Origin: Octopus sinensis
Taxonomy: Eukaryota
Length of the DNA: 64,000 nucleotides
Assembly: GCF_006345805.1 (NCBI RefSeq)
Contig: NC_043001.1
Span: 93,868,001-93,932,000, forward strand
Direction: 5' to 3'
Within the stretch, counting starts at the first letter, position 1, and each line of letters opens with the position of its first letter. A program made the translations under genes and the position numbers. This document shows positions 41,745 to 56,964 of the stretch, in pieces. The notes beneath the pieces are model-generated. The model was given only the letters and a program-made list of their open reading frames with translations, was not told the origin of the DNA and did not search any database.

Positions 41745-42276
41745 AGTCTTTCTGTGTCTATCTCTGTCTTTCTTTCCTCTGTCTCTGTCTACCTCTGTCT
41801 GTCTGTCTGTCTTTCTCTCCCCCTCCATACTCACCTCCCACCCTCTCTCTGCTTTTATATATACATGCACAAACACAATTTCTCAATATACATGGCGTAT
41901 AGATTTGAAATTCCGGCATACTGATACAAAATTCAACGCATGCACATTAGCACGGAGATTTAAGCGCAAACATGCAAACGATTATACTTTACATACAAAC
42001 ACACTCCAAACGCACACATAAACACGCACAAATACACATACACGTTAATACATAGATACGCATACAATTTTAGCTTTAAACGATTTTCTATTTGACACAT
42101 CTGAAAATAATATATTTATAATTCAATTCTTCTTCATTATAATTTAAGTCATAAGATACGTATAATAATCTATTCCCACCATTTACGTTATGAAATATAT
42201 TTTAGATGGATGGACACATTGTATTCATGCATACATGCAAACGTACTTGTGTATGTACGTGTCTATCTGTGTGCTT

Positions 42277-42309
<33 letters not shown>

Positions 42310-42314
42310 ATATA

Positions 42315-42356
<42 letters not shown>

Positions 42357-42433
42357 TATGTATCAATGTTTGCGTGTGCGCATGAACATGTCTTGTGAAA
42401 GTGCTGAGTATAATACGAAATAGTTTTTTTTTA

Positions 42434-42484
<51 letters not shown>

Positions 42485-42740
42485 AAGGGGAAAGAGATGC
42501 AGGCTCTGGTGGGGACTAAGGTTGTAATACTAAAAGAAGGCATTAGAATTATATGAATAAATCGTGTAATATCATTCATCAGATAATTCAAAGGCAAAGA
42601 ATCCAAGCCAAATTTAAACATTTTTTTCATCATACATTTAATATAGGTATTTTTCCCCACTGACTCTCTGTCTGTCTGCCTGTCTTTCTCGGTCTTTCTG
42701 TCTGTCTATCTATCTATTTTTATGTCTCTCTGTCTGACCG

Positions 42741-42817
<77 letters not shown>

Positions 42818-43740
42818 ATACCAATGTCTATAAGTATTCTTTCCATGTATGTATATATGTATGTATGCATGTATGTATGTACCTGTCAACCAATGAATCT
42901 ATAGATCTATCTCACGTCCTTCTTTCATTAATTCATTATTTCTTTTTTCTCTCTTTCTTTCTTTCATTCTTCCTTTCTCTTTCTTTCTTTCTTTCTTTAT
43001 TCTCTCTTTCTATCTAATTGTATTTGTATCTTTCTCTCTCTCTCTTATCTATCTATCTATCTATGTCAGTGTGTAATCATCCGTACAATATATTTATATA
43101 CATTTCATTGCATAGACACTGATACACCAAAATACGATTGGTATATATAGATAGAATATAACTTCACCGTACATATGTGAATCATACACTTAAACCTATA
43201 CACAAAGCATGTATATATGTATGGAAGCACGCATGCCTCTGTAGAATACGAAAAACAGGTGTTTTACAATTCATCCGCGTATACTCCTCAGTTTCGAAAC
43301 CCTTACGGAAAACATGCTCCTAAACCTCATAACATATACCTGCATTATTCTATATTGCTGTATTACACAGGTATCTGAAGCCGTCAAACATAAATACATA
43401 GATACATGGATACATACGAGCACACACCCACGCACAATCACACACCAATGTGTCGATATATGCATAAATATATGCAATCGCCTGTATGTGTGTGCGTGTG
43501 TTTTACCTCTCTGCTATACACGTAGCGACATATACATTGATATAAATAAATTTCAACTCCTATGTTATACCCGCTGCCATTCATATACTGCGAGGTACGT
43601 CTATATGATATTGTAGTTATGAAATAATAGGTATCTCAATTTTTTTTTTATGTTTCAGACACCCAAATAGCCACATTTAAGTTGAGGTGGTTTCTAATAG
43701 CTACTGAAGATATTTTCACGAAACCACGAAAATGTGTGTG

Positions 43741-43774
<34 letters not shown>

Positions 43775-44754
43775 CAATTGTCATACATTCATGTGACTAC
43801 AGGTTATGTGGCAAACCTCTACGTTGAGGTATATGAAATGGGGAATAGGCATTGACAAAAATAATACGTATAAAACCCACGTAGGTTTCCATGTATGGAT
43901 GTATATGTGCATGTTTGAAAGTACATATACATGCGATTATATATATATATATATATACATGTGTGTGTATGTATATGTATATATATATATATACGGGTAT
44001 ACTGGGTATACATGTATATATGTAGGTATATATGTATGTATCTACCTGTATGTTTACCTCTTTATCAATATATATGAGTATGTTTGTTCTTGTGTCTGTG
44101 TGTCTGTGTGCGTGTGTGTGCGTAGTTTCATTCTAAAGTTGTACGGATTTTTGAGCGTGTGCATATATCTGTGTGGAATTTAGTAATGTATATACATAAT
44201 TCTATACTGTACAGAAGGATATAACCATACGCAACGCAAATCACATATAACAAAAAATTATATGGGTATATATGGTAATATATATATATACAGACATTAC
44301 TTGTTTACATACATATATACATCCATATGCATATACATACATATAGGCACGAACATGCTTGTATATACATGCACAGAATTCTTAAATTTTGTAGGAAATG
44401 GAATGGAATGAAATGATGCATGGGCGTACAGTAAGCGTATATACTAATATCTGAGTGTATGTAATTGAGTATGGATATATACACGTAATTATATATATGC
44501 GTGCGTGAGATTTTCTGCGTATGCGTGACTTTACAGATATATACATATAGCTACACACACTCATACGTACACAAACACGCATACACTCACACACACACTG
44601 ACGCACACGGATGCCTACAGACTCATACACGAATACCTATATCCATATCCTTGCGTAAGTATGCGTGTGTGCTCTCGAGCGTTTGTCTGTGTGCTTGTTT
44701 TAAAATATTGACATATAAAGGTACATATCTGTATATACCTAAAAATATACACAC

Positions 44755-44794
<40 letters not shown>

Positions 44795-44899
44795 GCAGAT
44801 ATATAGACACACTCACTCGCACATACACACACGAACCTACATATATATATATGTATCTATCTATCTATCCATCTCTCTATCTATCTCCCTATCTGTCTA

Positions 44900-44973
<74 letters not shown>

Positions 44974-45277
44974 CATCTCCCTATCTGTCTGTCTATCTAT
45001 CTATATCCCTATCTATCTGTCTGTCTATCTATTTATCTCCCTATCTGTCTGTCTGTCTGTCAGTCTCTCTCTCTCTATATATAGATATATATATGTATGT
45101 GTGTGTAGATATATATATATATACATACATACAATATATATATATATACATACATATATATATACATATATATATATATATACATACACATACATACATA
45201 CATACATACATACATACACATACATACATACATACATAATACATACATACATACATACATACATACATACTACATAC

Positions 45278-45344
<67 letters not shown>

Positions 45345-46689
45345 CATATATATAAACATATATATAAATATACAGTTATAAACTAAAACTTTCACACAAA
45401 CACACGCACATATATAAACGAACACGCGTACACACATGAATACCTTTAGTCAGGCTTTCATATTTCCAAAACCTATTCAGAAAGCTGTGTTGTAGAGATT
45501 GATCATACACTTATTCCCACTCTTTAAGTCACTCCGCTCTTATGGCATCTCGTCGACCACACGACACCAGCAGAACTATTTAACTATCAAAAGAAATACA
45601 AATTATATAACAATAAGCTTTACTATCACCATGATGATGATGATCATCATCATCATCATTCTCTTAACGGTGATGATGGGTGCTGATGCTGGTGGTGACG
45701 TTGAGAATGATGATGTTTATTCATCGTTATCATAAATGTCTCCGTTGTCATCGTCGTCGTTGTCGCTGTCATTCTTCATGTCATCTAATCCTTTTCGTCC
45801 AAGTTTGTATTTTTCTCATTGCTGTTTGATTTAGTTGCAGCCATCGCAATTATCATTATCTTACTCCAATACCTCCTTCATCACCTGCTTCATCCAATGA
45901 TGGCACAAACTCCACGTTGCTGTCCTCGCCGCTGTCATCCTCTTCGTCGATATCGCCGTCGATTTTTGGTAATCCTGATTAACGTAGTCATCGTCATCAT
46001 CATCATCATCGTCAATTTACACATCGTCATCGTCGTCATCTTCATTCTACACTTCCTCCCCACATATTCTCCTTTCTCCTCCTCCTCAACAATATCGTCT
46101 GATTTTCGTCGTTTCCTGTGTCTGTCGCAAAACTTCAGTAATATCGTTGTGAAAGCAGGAACACTTGAAAGAAACAACTCACATTTCTGACCAGTTGTTA
46201 TCTTTACGATGTCAGGCGCCAGAAAGAGAACTGACCATAGTGGTGATGTTGATGATGCTAACAATAACTATGAGAACGTCGGTGACGACAGAGACGTGTC
46301 TGACAACAACAGCCTGTCAACTGTGCATCTAGTTACTTATGCTGTCCGTAATATACTCAGAATGTTTTGGTGGCCATGTGGATTGGCGCTGTTACCAGAG
46401 CTCTTCCTATGCATGGTTTTGTTTTTGTTGTTGATGTCCACTTTCTTAGCTATACGGGTGAAGATATTGCTTCTTACTCCTGTTATTTAGACTGACATCC
46501 TTCTTGGTTAGCCACGGAATTTTTAGTCGTAGCTCCTCTGACTTCGTTATCCAATGTTATTTCTCTATCAAGAGAGTGGTTTTATAATTTGAGGGAGATT
46601 TGGCTGCTATGCCTAGCAGTTTGTGTGCCAACGAATGAGATTGTTACTGTCTTGTTGCAGCTCTTGTGTTACAATAGATGTTGAAGCTT

Positions 46690-48100
46690 AAGTTCTTGTG
46701 GTGTCGTTCATAAATTTGTGACATGTCTTAGTAGGATTGAAGTTATTTTAGTATTATGATATATCTTAATCTTAGTGCTGGTAATTTGCAACGTATACAT
46801 ATATTATGATGAGTACTAATATTGATATTAAGACATCTATGACTTGCCTGGTGGTGTTGTACATTGTCTTGCATGCACTGCTGATATTTATATTATGATA
46901 GGTTTAGTGTCCATACACAAGCTAATTACGCTGCTGTTGAGGATTATCTTTAATAGAGTAGTCTTATTGGTGTTGTGATCTGTCTTACTGCTAGTTCTTG
47001 TCATGTTACTGGCGATGTAGCTTGTTTAAGAAATAGTGCTGTCATTGATTCTATCATCTTTATAGTAGTGGCTGCAGTATAGTTAGTAGTGTTGTGGTAC
47101 GCTATATTAAAGTATAAATAGTCCCTCTGGTATTGTTGATGTTCAAGTATCTATTTAATATATACATAGTACTGATATGATATATGTTAGTTTTATACTC
47201 TGAAGCTTTGCTGGAGTCTTATGGTATGTCTTATATGTAGTTTTGATGCTTAGTTTGCGGTGGTGTGCCTTAACCGCAGTGTTGAATTCGGTCTTACTAT
47301 TACACTAGTCACGATCAATTAAGGTGCTCCTTGAGTTAATGCTAGTTGATATTGTTATTGTTATGATATGTCCATTCCTACTGCTACCACTAAGACATAT
47401 CATATAACTGATAAACGTATGTGTCTTACAGTTGCTCTGTGTGTATATATGATTTCTGATACGCCTTAATGGTTATACTGGTGGAGTACATTGCAATTAA
47501 CCATATTATGATGTATCTTAGTGCTTCTTTTTAAGTTTGCATTGTTGTGACACAGTTTGGTTATAGTAATGTTGCTGGTTTTCTGATATTCCTTAACGGT
47601 AATGTCGATAATTTTGTTAGTAACGACAGTAGGTTTTGTGATAATATTGTGATACGTCTTAGTGGCTGTATGGGTGGTATTGCCGATAATGTTGAATTAT
47701 GCCTTAGTAGTTCTGTTGATGAATGTCTTGCAGTTTTTGAGTGATCATAGTGGTATGTTATATATATTGCTGTTATTGATAATACGACCTGTCTAGGGCT
47801 AATTATTGTCCGTTATTTATGTAGTGGTTGTGTATTTAGATAGCAGAATAGGTAAAGCTAGTTTTGTGAGGACTTTAATACAATATTAAGGTATAGCCAG
47901 GTGATACGATGGTACTAATGATATTGCTGGTAATATTAATATGTGTCTCCTTGTTTGGACTTATATTTATATGTCCAGTGATGTTAAGACATGTCCTAGA
48001 GTTAGTACTAGTGTGATGATGTTTTTGTGCTAGTATTCATCTTGTCTGTGGCTTTGTTATTGCCTCATGTCTTAAAGCCAATATTCTTGTAACTGCTGTG
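46690..48100. repeat. Ancient degenerate repeat array with core ATGTCTTAG
   Basis: About 13 near matches to (a)tgtctta(g) or its reverse complement in a G/T-skewed, microsatellite-free stretch. Confidence 0.5.
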
Positions 48101-48299
48101 CACGATATTAGGTGTACTTCTCGGATGTTGTCTTTGCTATTAGTATTGTTGTTAAAGCTGTAGTAATGTACATAATATTATTGTTCTTGTTGATCTTGCT
48201 GTGATGCTGTTTCTATTGATGTCATAGGTCTATTATGATTCATCCATGATCGTCTCAGCTTCTTGTATATGTAAAACTATAGTATCCAAAATATTCTTA

Positions 48300-49040
48300 G
48301 CATTCAAAAACATACAAGATTTGACGGAGATTTGTCTGTTATTTCTAATAAATTTAACAAACACGTAGACGTGCTCTCATTGGGTTTGATTTGTTGATTT
48401 CTATGGCGAATGTTGGGTATGTTCTAGCAGATTTATGATTGAAAGTTTTCGAAGTATGATCATTTTATATTTTGTTCAGACATAGTGTGGCTAGAACTAC
48501 ATTAAACAACGTATTCTTCCATTGTTTCTGACAAGATGATATAATGATGTGTAAGTTGGCTGCTATTATTCTCACGTCAACCGATCACTTATAATTATAA
48601 ATTTCAATGGTTGATATTGTGGGTGTTTCGCTGTTGTTTAGAGCCAAGTCAACCGCAATCAAGCAAATCTAATGTCACTGACAATACACCTCCGTCTATC
48701 TTGTCTTTCTCCTACGTGCTAGGAACCCGGAACCACGTGATTCTATGACACGTGGTGGCGAGATATGTGAATACCATTTGACCGCCATTTCTATCAGGCC
48801 AAGAGATGACGCCGAAGTACAAATATTGCTAGCGGTGTTCGTTTATTTTGTAGAAATTGTAGTTTAACCCGCATCAGCCATGATCCAACAGGTATATGTT
48901 GAGAGTCATTCTGTCCATGGCCAGTACGGTCATTTTGTATATAAGACACTATATTTTCTAGTGTTTCCTTCCTTCTTGAAAACGACAAGGTTTCGATTTA
49001 TGAATTTGGTTGGTAATTTTTATCAGGTTGGAATTCCTCC
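48300..49040 (-). mobile_element. Array of 3-4 degraded family D copies
   Basis: Recurring gagatttg..tg.tatttcta and agcagatttatgat/gtttaacc motifs near 48325, 48420-48570, 48630-48790, 48860-49030. Confidence 0.5.
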
Positions 49041-49208
49041 GTTGATGGATGATATTTAGTTAAATAAACCGATTGTGCTGGTTTCTTCTGTAGTGGCGGC
49101 CATTAAATTGTGGTAATATTTTGTGGTAATGGCGGCAGCTTGAATGTCATAACAGAAAGACAAAGAGAGAGAGAGTGCGTGTGTATGAGAAGGGGAGAGA
49201 GTGATAGT

Positions 49209-49244
<36 letters not shown>

Positions 49245-49414
49245 GAGCAAGAGAGAGAGAGAGAAAGTAAGAGTGTGAGAAAGAGGGTGTGTGAATGACA
49301 TGTGTTTCAAAGAAAATTAGGACTGCGGTGGTCATAAGGCCTATGGAAGTTTACAATCTAAAGTATTTCAGCTATGACCATTAGCTTATATACATAAATG
49401 CTCACATAAACTTT

Positions 49415-49725
49415 TATCTTTTATATCATTTACTTGTTTCAATCATAAGACTGCAGCCATGCTGGAGCAGTTGTTTGAAGAATATTTAGTCGACTGAATC
49501 GACCCCGGTACTTGTCTTTTTAAAGCCTAGTACTTATTTTCTCGGTTTCTTTTGTCGAACCGCTATTTTACGGGTACGTAAACACACCAAAACCAGATGT
49601 CTACCAAATCCACTCAAAGCTTTCATCGGCCCGAGGCTATAGACAAGACACTTGCCCAAGGTGCCACGTGTGAATCTGAACCAAGAAGCATGTAGTTGGG
49701 AAGCAAACTTCTTACTACACAGCCA
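49415..49725 (-). mobile_element. SINE family B with internal deletion
   Basis: Reverse-complement match to 5587-5995 lacking the central TA/TG segment. Confidence 0.85.
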
Positions 49726-51222
49726 TACATACATACACACATACAAACATATGTACATACATCCATGCATATGTACGTACCTACATTCATACACATGCTT
49801 ATATATATGTAAATATGTATATATATGTAACACACACATATATATATATATATATAATATACGCCTAAAATACTTTTTACTACAAGCACAAACTGTTCTG
49901 ATAAGACACATCATAGCATCTTGATCAATGCCATCATCAATGATGGGTATAAACGTGAGTGTAGGGTGAGGGGACTTCTGGCATCAAGGGATGTCTGACG
50001 TGGGTGTTGGTGTTAGCGAAGTTAGTAGCGGTCGTGTTAATTTTTTTTTCATTTTTTTGTGTGCTTTTTATAATAAAGTGTGGACCATAAGAAAAATATT
50101 AGGGTGGGTGGGGCGTTTACTTATTGTCTGGTTCGTATAACATCGAAATAGTAATAGGAATAGTAGTAGTAGCAGTAGCAATTGCAGTGACAGCAGCAGC
50201 AGTAGTAGTAGTAATATTAGTACTAATAGTAGTAGTAGTAGTAGTATATAGGTGGTGGTAGTGCTGATACTACTGCTCATGGAAGTGGTAACTGATATTT
50301 ACGCCTGCCATGTTGGGTGTAGTAGTTGTTTGTGTTTTTTTTTTAAATCTAAGCTCAGATCAGTCCAACCGTGACCACATATTCCGTTCCACCAATCTTT
50401 GTTCCTCTGTAGAGGAAGCGAGGGCCATGTCACCCAATATGTCCTTGCCTGAAGCAGAAAACGTGCGATGCTAGCTCTTGCTATTTCTAGCATTTTGAAA
50501 AGCCACTCGTCTGTCATGTTCGTAGTGTGTGTGTTTGTGTGTGTGTGCGTGTGTTTGTATCTGAGTGTGTTTTGGTTGTAACGTTGGCAGAGGTATGTAG
50601 AAGTAAGTTGAGATGTTAGCTGTGGTTGTTGTTGCTGGTGTTGTTGCTGTTGTTTTTGTGGTTGTTGTTGGTGGTGGTGGTGGTGCAGGGCGTATAATTT
50701 AACCCCAGGCCTGATCTGAATCCAAGAGAGCTTTGATGAGAAGTGCTTCAACTGTGACCATCTAACACTAAATCAGTTTTTCATGACTACATTTGTTGGC
50801 AATTTAGCTACTATTTCTAGCTGTGCAAGCAGATCAGGTAGAAGCTTTATCGTTAGCTTTTAGGAGTGGTAATGTGGAAAGGCGGTGCTGGTGTTAGTGT
50901 TGGCGAATGGCTGACATTCAGTGGAAGACATTTGGTTAGAGGTAGCGCGAGAAGTGGACTAAATCAAAGATTGAAAAAACTGCGGTGTCAAAAATGTGCG
51001 TGGAATTAAGTGTTTGTGTGTGTGTATGCATGTATGTGTGTTTGTGCGTGTATGTTTTATCTGTGTGTATGTGTGTTTGTAGTGTTAGTGAAACAGATAT
51101 TGTGCTGTCTTGTAAGGAATTGTTTAGCAGCGGTTTCCATATGAAATGATGTAAGGACATGATAGAATGATAAAATCTATCAGAAAATGAACAGAAAAGA
51201 TCTAGGCACATACCTACATACA

Positions 51223-51313
<91 letters not shown>

Positions 51314-51467
51314 TTCTACTTGTGTATATATGAGGGTAAGGGCGTTGATATATATGTGTGTGTGTATGTGTACAATGTGCGTACACATATCTGTCAGAGA
51401 GATTAAAGATAAAGATATTAAAAAAATCAGTATGGTTAATTAATTACACTTGAAACCACAGTTTATA

Positions 51468-51502
<35 letters not shown>

Positions 51503-51588
51503 TGTGTGCATACATACACATAAGTGTGCGTGTGCGAAAGTATCATTAGATGCATATGTTTATGTGTGTGCAAGTATATATATATACA

Positions 51589-51624
<36 letters not shown>

Positions 51625-51877
51625 TAAATATATATATATTATATATATATATATACATATACTCTTACTAGTTAAATATGATAATATTTAACATGAAATA
51701 ATTACAGTAGAATGTAATGTACAACAGCGGTTGTTGTAAATATCATCATCATCACTATCAGCATGATCACAATTACCCAATAGTAGTACAAGTAGTAGTA
51801 GTAGTAGTATGTGTAATAGTATATTTACAAATACGAATGTTTTTGCCAGACTTCCACAGGTAGAGCAACAAATATAC

Positions 51878-51943
<66 letters not shown>

Positions 51944-52019
51944 TAATAATATTCATAAGAATCTTTCATATCGTAGGTGAAGATTTGACGATGGAAAAAA
52001 AAAACGAGACAAAATATTG

Positions 52020-52390
52020 AATAACTAGGGAATGTGATAGACCAGCCCCTCACTGGTATCTCGTTTTATTGAGCTCGGAAGGGAGTAATGCCGGATTTGA
52101 ACACAGATGGTAAAGACCTACCACAAGAAATACATCAATGCAATTTATCCAACGCTGTAACGGTTCTGCAAATCCACAGCTTTCGTAACCGCTTTCAATA
52201 TAGGCATCTCTCTTGAAATTTAAAGGAACATTTAGTCGATTAGACCAACACAGTTCTTCAAAAGGTACTTTGTGTTATCGACCACGAAGTGATGAAAGGT
52301 AAAGTTGATTTCAGTGAATTTTGAAATCAAGACATGAAGAGAGCCATAAGGAAATACCGCAAGGTATTTTCCTAACCCACCGCCCTTATC
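52020..52390 (-). mobile_element. Two degraded SINE family C copies between (TAA)n tracts
   Basis: ctggtatc...ggatttgaaacacaga and tagtcgatt...gatgaaaggtaaagttga motifs. Confidence 0.65.
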
Positions 52391-52392
52391 TG

Positions 52393-52447
<55 letters not shown>

Positions 52448-53366
52448 TGATGATAATGATAATAATTTCTAATCCAGATAGAAGGGTAGGAATTAGTGGG
52501 TGAGTGGGTTATTCCAGTAAATTGACCTCATTGCTTGACCGGAGTCAATGCTTGAAGGACCATAATTTAAAGAGGCACGATGTGAAAGGGATATCAGTCT
52601 GAGGTGTTTTCACTGCGAAAGAAATAAACAACAACTGCAGCAGCAGTAGCAGCTACAACAACAACACAACAACGATAACAGTAACAGCAGCAACAACTAC
52701 GACAACAACACAACAACCAAATATAACAAAGAAATAATAGGGAAAAAGTCTTCAGAAAGGTACCTAGAGCTAACCAATGAACACTACAGATCCAGAAAAG
52801 GTTTCGGATATACCCGAGTATGAGTGTATGTCTATTGTAGCCACCCTAGTCATAAACCACCAACTTACCTCGTCACGATACCCTGAAGCATGCAGTTTAA
52901 ATTCTACCTACACGGGTGTTTCAATTGATATCACTATCCAACCTACCTGAATACTGACGATGAAAAAAGAAAAAAAAGGTGGGCACTCGCTGTTCATTCC
53001 TATGATGATGATGGTGATGAAGAAGCTGATAGGAATGATTTCTTCTATTGTTCACATAAAAGACCCTGGGGACAGTTAAAAGGTTAAATAAAAAAAAAGT
53101 ATACGGCTAATACGATATTGTGTGTGTATGTGTGTACGTATGGACGTGTGCGCTTGTGTGTATGTGTATATGCGTGTAGGCGAATTTACATATGGAGTAA
53201 AACGGTGAATCTGTACAAATAAAAACACATAAATTCTCCCTTAGTTATTATTGCCACAAGGGCTCCGACAGAAGGGGACATTACAAGGAGCAAGGAGATG
53301 ATAGGAAAAAAAACTGCGGGGGTGTTTATATGGAAATTCAATATAATGAATAAAGAAAACAATTAA

Positions 53367-53400
<34 letters not shown>

Positions 53401-53428
53401 ATCGATAACTATATATACCTATACATAT

Positions 53429-53481
<53 letters not shown>

Positions 53482-53613
53482 TGTATACATATATATATAT
53501 ACGTATACACATATCTATACACATATATACGTATACATATATATATATATACACATATATATATACATATATATACGTATACATATATATATACACATAT
53601 ATATATACATATG

Positions 53614-53653
<40 letters not shown>

Positions 53654-53679
53654 CACACACGTATATAGATACATCCATC

Positions 53680-53732
<53 letters not shown>

Positions 53733-54049
53733 ATATATAATATATATATATATATACTTATATATATACATCCAGACACACACAGATACACACACACACA
53801 CACACACACACACGCGCTTATATAGCGAAGCACATAGATATTCATGTTCTGAATTACTTTACATCAATTTTTGGCAGTATTATTCTCCTGAAGTGCAACG
53901 TAACAACAACAATAATAATAATAATTATTATTATTATGTATTATTTTATTAGCCACAAGGTCTAATATAAATATACATAAAAGGACATGTAAGAACATAT
54001 AAAACACTAGACGATACAAGGGCTGAAAATAAAGAACATAACACAGACA

Positions 54050-54440
54050 CACTGCTATAGTTTTTGTGGAAGAGATGCTAGATTATATCGACCCTCCGTC
54101 TTAGACTGGTCCATTCTTTTTTTCTTTTACATTTTTATCGGTTTCAGAAGCATAAAAACTGCTGCCGCGCCGTTGGCGGGATTTGAACTCAGAATTTAAG
54201 GGGACGTAATTATACGCTCCTAGGTATTTTATCCGGCGTTCTTTCGCCTTTGCCAGTTTTAAAACAAGTGAATTTAAATCCACTCCAGTACTTGATTGGT
54301 GGTACTTTAATTCATAGGCCCTCGGATTAAGGAAATGTAAAGTTGACCTCTGTGGTTTGGAGACAGGGTTCTTGAAGGGGACTTAATTACAAGGCACAAA
54401 CTACATTATCCGCCAGGACCTTATCAATCAGCCATGTCAA
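54050..54440 (-). mobile_element. Two degraded SINE family C copies
   Basis: gattatatcgaccc...ggcgggatttgaactcagaa and ccagtacttgattgg...aaagttgacctc. Confidence 0.65.
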
Positions 54441-54608
54441 ATAATAATATTATTAATAATAATAGATGATAGTAATAATAATAACAGCAACGGATTTAAA
54501 AGTCGTTATAGGGAGTGCTTGAGATGGTTACGCGGATTTGTTTCACAAAAAATGGAATTACTATTATTGTTAGTAGTGATAATATTTACAATAATAATAA
54601 TAATAATA

Positions 54609-54643
<35 letters not shown>

Positions 54644-54819
54644 TTAGTAATAATCGTAAAGAAACTATTACTACTAATAATAACAATAAGAACAACGATA
54701 TAAATGTTTGATTTTAAAATATTAAAATTGATTTTATATCGATAGTAGTCCTTATATGAAGAAAAGAGATGCTAGATGAAAACGTGAGGCTAATATCTTT
54801 GCTTGTAACGTCGAGAAGG

Positions 54820-55312
54820 AAATGATGAAGATGAAGATGATGATGATGATGGCAATGAAAAAGGATGATAATAACGACGATAATAATGATGACCTCCACG
54901 ACGACGGTGATGATGATGTTGGTGATGATGATGATGATGATGATGATGTTGTTGTTAATGATGAGGATGAGGATGATGATGAACATGACAATAATGATAG
55001 CATGTCGCGGACGATGACAATGACAACGACGACGACGATGATTATGATGATGATGATGATGATGATGAAAAAGACGATGATCATAACGTCAATAATGAAG
55101 ATCATTAGGGCGTCGATGATGATGATTACGACGAGAACGACGACTTGTATGATGAACATGGCAGTGATGATGATGATGATGATGACGACGACGACGACAA
55201 TGACGATAATGGCGATGATGATGATGATAATGATGATTATGATGATGGATGATGATAAAGGACTACGACGACAACGATGATAATGACGATGATGATGATG
55301 CTGATGGTGATA
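54820..55312. repeat. Degenerate (GAT/GAC)n trinucleotide tract
   Basis: Direct reading. Confidence 0.9.
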
Positions 55313-56509
55313 AACATGTCATTCATTTTTTTTTTTTTTGTTTTCGTCACATTTCAAATAAAGCAAAAAAAAAACAAGTGGGAAATGAAAAAAAAAAACT
55401 TAAATAAATAATTAAATAAATAAATAAATTTTTTTTTTCCTCTCACCTCGCCTGTCGTATATGCCTGTCTGTATGTACGTATGTCCGTGTTTGCCGCTGC
55501 TGCTGCTTCTGTTGTTGTTGTTGTTGTATTTGTGGTTGTTTTTATATTCGTTGTTTATTTTTTTTTTACATCATCATCATCAACACCATCATCATTTATT
55601 ATTATTATTATAATTTTTATTATTTATTTATTATTATTATTATTATATATTATTTTTGCGTCGTGGGTAGAGGGTATTATATTTTATTTTTATTATTTTT
55701 ATTACTTTTTATTTTTTTTTGTTTTTTTGGAATGCTTGACTGCGTGCGTGTATATGTTCAGTATGTGTGTATAAGTATGTATGCACATATACACATAGAA
55801 ATGTATATGTGTGTACGTGTGATTTACATGTATGTTTGTATGCTCGTCTGCGTGTGTGTGTGAGTGTGTGTCTGTAACGTGAAGGGATTGTTTATACGTG
55901 TACGCGTGCGTGTGTATATATATATGTGTGTGTAAATATATTTATGTATCTGTATATGTGATTTTTGTTTGTTTTGATAGGTGTATTTATATATAATTAT
56001 ATATATATATATATATAATATATATATATAATATATATATGTGTGTGTGTATATATATTTCCTTTAAAGCAGTAGTAGTAGATAATAGTAGAAGTAGTAG
56101 TAGTAATAATAATAGTAGTAGTAGCAGTAACTGTGATAATAATAATAATTGTTGTTTCTCTTGTTGTGTTGTTGTTGTTTTTTTTTTCCCCTTTCACATG
56201 GTAAAGTTGGCCTGCTTATCCCTTAACGTACAGCTCCTGCGGCCTCCTCCTGTTACATCCATGATCGACTGCAACGCATTCTTCCCATTAGCATCTGTCG
56301 GAGTCTTCTTCCTCCCCTTCGTTGCTGGACGCCTAGCTCCGCCTCCTTTCACTCTTTTCCCCCTCGCTTGCAATCCTACGCTATCTTTTTCCTTTCTCGA
56401 TTCGCGATAACTCTCTCTCTCCCCGTCGCTCTTCACAACCTCTTGCTCTCGCTCTCTCCTTTTCGCTTTTCACACTCTCTTTCACTCTCTTTCTCACATG
56501 TATAGTCTC

Positions 56510-56549
<40 letters not shown>

Positions 56550-56718
56550 CCGATGTCTCTTAGTGCCTCTATCTTTGTTCATCTCTCGTCTTCTCTCTTC
56601 CTGTCTTCCTATCTTTCCCACTGAAAACGGCTTACATGCTTTGCTCTCCCTGTATCTTTTTCTCTTTCTCTCAGATTTCCACAATCTGTCTCTCTATATA
56701 AGATTTCCCTCACAATCG

Positions 56719-56749
<31 letters not shown>

Positions 56750-56881
56750 TCTTATAGTCTCCATTCTCATGTTCTCTCTCCTCTCTCTCTCTTACTCTCC
56801 GTCTCTCTGTGCGTCTCTTTCGATACACACACATATGTATATATGTATGTATATATGTATATATATGTGTATCTATGTATG

Positions 56882-56964
<83 letters not shown>

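Noticed and set aside
42546-42590. Minus-strand CTGATGA within a short hairpin next to TA tract
   Set aside because: No GAAA/UH after the putative stem II
43703-43730. CTGAAGA...GAAA spacing like a hammerhead
   Set aside because: Stems II, III and I cannot form
46690-48100. CRISPR-like interpretation of the motif array
   Set aside because: Motif only 7-9 bp, irregular spacing, mixed orientation, eukaryotic context, no cas genes
54752-55280. Poly-D/M/T and poly-I/S ORFs
   Set aside because: Products of a degenerate (GAT)n tract, open in several frames
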